DNA of 53,516 nucleotides from Toensbergia leucococca (taxonomy: Eukaryota). This document shows, piece by piece, positions 49,830 through 53,516 of the stretch (position 1 is its first letter; each line of letters opens with the position of its first letter). Both the position numbers and the translations under genes were made by a program. Under the pieces are notes generated by a model. The model did not search any database. It saw only the letters and a list, made by a program, of their open reading frames with translations, and was not told the DNA's origin. Where the stretch lies: the NCBI GenBank assembly GCA_022813965.1, contig JALDZS010000163.1:1-53516 (forward strand), given 5' to 3'.

Positions 49830-52261
49830 ATGCCGTACACTCCGCCATACCAGCAATCACCAGTTGCATCAAGACCTGAAAGCCCATCAAACAATCGTTC
49901 TCACACACACCACAAAGCACATCATCACCAAGTCAGCTTGCCCCCAAGCCCTGGTCCAAAACCTGAACTGCCACGGTCAGCTTCTTCCACTGCTTACCTT
50001 CATAAACATCGTCGAAGCCCCTCCATCTCGAAATCGACTTCACTGAGCGAATCCCTTTCAACCCCGAATGCCACACCCACCAACGTTGCTCCCGCTGAAG
50101 TAAACAATGGTGCACCTACGTTCAATGGTTTTTCCCACCAGTCTCAACTACTAATAGACGAGGCAGTGGTGGCTATCGGCGCGATGATGTCTCCTCCAGA
50201 TTCCTCGCAGAATTCAAGCGACGATGAGGAGAATTCGAGAAGACGGAGAGTTCGGGATCTGGAAAACTTCGCCGAATTACAAGCAGCAATCAGAGTAATC
50301 GAACAACATCGTCAAAGCTCCCCAACTCGATTTATTGAAGAAGCCAAGAAGGCCAACATGACCATTGACCTGGGTACTTCTAATCCAAAACATTTGGCAA
50401 ACATTCATATCCCGGGTTCTGAGGCGCTGCCTCGGCCGCCTTTGTCAGAGGAAGCTCGAAAAATTTCTCACTCGAGATCTTGCACAGAGTCAAGCGTAGT
50501 CCTAGATTCTCCTCGGAGCTCGGTTGACTACTCGCCAGGTCACAGCCTATCAGATAGTGACAGTGAGGATGTTGGAAAGCGTAGAAAACCGCCAATGGTT
50601 CGCAAGAAATCCGGCGAATTAGTCAGACCGGCTCTAAGACCGTCAACCGGTCGTAGAAGGCCATCTAGTATGCCAGGCACACCGACATATGGCAAGGCTG
50701 TTCACTTTGACTCGCATCTTGAACAGGTCCGTCACTTTCTACAAGTGGATCGTCCACTTGCTGTCAGTGCTGGTTCATCACCAGTGGAATGCTATGAAGG
50801 CGAACTTGAGTTCCCCTTTGGCAACGACGATTTCAGTTCGCGATCACCGCCTTTCGAATGGGAGATTCGACTTTCCAATTTCCCTCGGGATTCGGTTGAG
50901 AAAAAAGTAACACCTGTTAGAGTGGAGAAGGTATACCTCTCGTCGGACAACAAGAATCTTGTCGGTGACGTGGCTGTTGCCAATATTGCATTCCACAAAC
51001 TCGTGGTAGCGCGTTTCACACTGGACTATTGGAAGACCACGTCTGAAGTCGTTGCCGACTTTAATAACGATGTTCGACGGAAGCACATAAACGATGGCTA
51101 TGATCGTTTCCATTTCAGTATCAAGCTTGCAGATCAGGCTAACCTTGAGAATAAGACCATGTTCTTTTGCGTTCGGTACAACGTCAATGGGCAAGAGCAC
51201 TGGGACAACAACGAGTCCATTAACTACCAGGTTGACTTTTCTAAAAAAGCCAAAGCCCAAAACGGCAAAAATGGTATGCAAGGGAACAATACACGCCAAG
51301 CCAATGGGCTGCCTCGAAGCAAACCATCACCTCCAACGTCTTCTGGGATGCCGCGATCGTTCAATGACTACGTCGATGGCTTTGGATCCGACTTCCATTC
51401 TTTCCCACAACCTGCGTCCAAGGTAATTGGCGAATCCCCCATTCGCTTTAAGAAGCAAGGCGCTATGGTACCAGATGCCCCAGGCCGTCAGGCTAATGCA
51501 GCGGGCCAAGCGTTCAGCAATCGCTATGATTTCTCGGCTTCTTTGTCAGCTGCGATCAGTGCTGCAAGCAATACACTTGGCGAACGAAGTGGACTACAAA
51601 CGAGAGAGGATGTTAGGTCGGCTCCGGCAAAGCAGCTGTCTTTTACCCAGGGATCAGTGACAGAATCCCCTACCAGCGTTACTACGCCATCTTTCGGCAA
51701 GAGAGATGTTCCATCTGAGGCTAAGATGACAGCACACAATGGCTTACCGATAGAAACAATTTCAAGTCCGTCAAAGCCGGCCGCATTGACATCCGAAAAA
51801 CCTTCTTTATCGTCTTCATCATACCACGAGCTCCTTGACAAGTATTGCTTCGTAGGTTCTCGGGTTCTTCAGAATGGCCAGGATACTGTTCGCTAATATG
51901 TGAGTAGTTTGGATCCGCCAAAGGCTCACCTCAGCTTACCAAGCCAGGCCACGGACAAAATGATGGTGGCAACGACGACAGCACCGAGGTTAGCCATAGC
52001 CTTGGTGATTCGATTGATCCTTCGCCCACCTCGCCACCTTCTCCACTTTCGCGACCTAGACAGATTTCGCCTCCTGCTGAGGAAAAGAAGTCTCTACCCA
52101 AGATTTCTAGTACAAGAAATTCCCGGTCTGCCTCACCTGCAACTAGGTCGGACATTAGATCCCGGACAGCATCACCTGTCTCGTTTGGGTATCCATATGG
52201 TCAATCAATGCAGAATGGTTTCTTCCCTGAGGCACATGCCCAAACTGCGATACTAGGGTAG
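49830..52261 (+). CDS. Protein phosphatase 1 glycogen-targeting regulatory subunit with CBM21 domain (Gac1/Gip2-like), 2 exons
   Basis: MPYTPP start, MVRKKSGELVRPAL, RVxF-type KAVHF and CBM21 (VANIAFHKLVVARFTLDYWKT...WDNN...NY). Intron 51852-51907 gives DKYCF|FGS...TAILG*. Confidence 0.92.
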
Positions 52262-52786
52262 ACAGTGGCAAGATCCAATAGCTTTGCACACGGCATACAC
52301 ACAAAATATTTTTCTGGAATTATTGAAGAGGGATACAGGGTTCTGCTAAATACTATTTGCATCATCACGCTCCAATCGATCCTGCTTTCAATAAGCACTA
52401 CGTCACAAAGTGCTAATTCCATCGATCCTGGCGGTCGAGTTCTACTGCGAGTCGAATAAGACAAGGAACAGCGGGGTGTTGCTGTAGAAAAGGGCACGTG
52501 GTATGAAGGGTGGAGATTTGATTTTGTTGCTGTACTTCAAGCGCGTCAATTGCGGCACTTACTGGCGTCGGTATGTTTCTGGGTGGCCTTGTGCATAGAT
52601 GATTCAAGCGTGCGTTGTTTCGATACGAGGTGATCTAGAAAGAAAAAGTTGATTATGGGGAATCTTTCTACTTTGCTGGTGTGGCTTTTCCTTTGATTCA
52701 TTCTTCCGAACGAGCATAATTGCTAGTGAGCCGGATTGGCTGGTCTGCGTAACGTGTGTTTTCGTGGCTTGTAGAGCATGCGGTTA

Positions 52787-52920
52787 GGGGGGGGGGAGGG
52801 GGGGGGTGTTGTTCTTTTCTTGTAAACTTTGATTAGAGGAGTCTCGAGGAACTGCATCCGATTGCGGGGAGGACTTTTTTAGTCTTGTGTGTGGCTCCCT
52901 CTCCTTTTTTTTTTTTTTTT
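52787..52920 (+). repeat. G-run (~20 nt, one interruption) and T-run (~16 nt) downstream of the CBM21 gene
   Basis: gggggggggg-a-ggggggggg at about 52787-52806, and poly-T at about 52905-52920. Confidence 0.7.
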
Positions 52921-53516
52921 ATAAATGTGTTGGATGGAATGATTGTGGTAGAAGAGAATTCCAAAGGAATTTTGCATATGATGACGAGTTCCACCCGTTC
53001 CGTTTGCTATTGTTTGCCCTGTCTCTTTCGTTGTCTTCTTCTTCGGGTGGCGGGTACGAGTAAGCACCAAATGAAAGTTTTATTGGGGGAGGGAAGGGGG
53101 GACTTTTTTGCGTAGAAAGGAGAGTGGTTTGGTTTGCTCAACCCAGATTTCATTAAATCTGATCATGTACGGATAAGGGATTATGACTGATGAGTCCCCC
53201 CGAAGGTGGTTCTTCTGTAAGAGGAGCTTTTCATTTCCTATGCCTGTTAAGGCGGGTTATAGGATAGTCAGTTGGGCCTCTGATGCCACCTTTGTATGCC
53301 TGCTACAGTAACATAGCTTCACGACCTCTTGTAAAACAATAAAAACAAGAACTTGCCCGATAAGGGATCATGATCTTCTTTTCTTTCATTTCGGGTTTTT
53401 CAGGTTTTGAGGGGGGGGGGAGTTTGTTGGAGTTTGAAAGCTAGATTAGGTACGAGATGAGTTATGGAAAATTTGTAAAATGAGATTTTTTGATATCTGT
53501 ATTGTTTTTTCTATTT

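Overview
Gene-dense, intron-rich eukaryotic DNA from a filamentous ascomycete (Pezizomycotina, inferred from short GT-AG introns with CTRAY branch points and the gene set; the exact taxon cannot be determined). There are about 20 coding loci. Conserved housekeeping genes: MCD4, a RING/PHD protein, RPL43 (absent from the ORF track), a saccharopine-dehydrogenase-like oxidoreductase, RPB9, mitochondrial uL14, SET9, an LTA4H-like M1 aminopeptidase, ESS1/Pin1, SconB/Met30, ATG17, RIO1, SMC3 and a CBM21 PP1-targeting subunit. Accessory or decaying sequence lies between them at about 1-9.4 kb, 25-27 kb and 30.6-33.2 kb. Main observations: (1) RPB9 intron 2 is open in frame and encodes an alternative CxxC-x5-CxxC plus acidic C-terminus. 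(2) A C-rich to G-rich strand-skew switch recurs, mostly at gene 3' ends, and overrides synonymous codon choice. (3) The ATG17-RIO1-SMC3 triplet may be ancient microsynteny. (4) A secreted SGNH esterase is followed by the decayed remains of an FG-GAP repeat tail. (5) A 767-codon frame is broken by a single TAA. No tRNA, rRNA, CRISPR or intact transposon was recognised. All exon models were read by eye and no database search was run.
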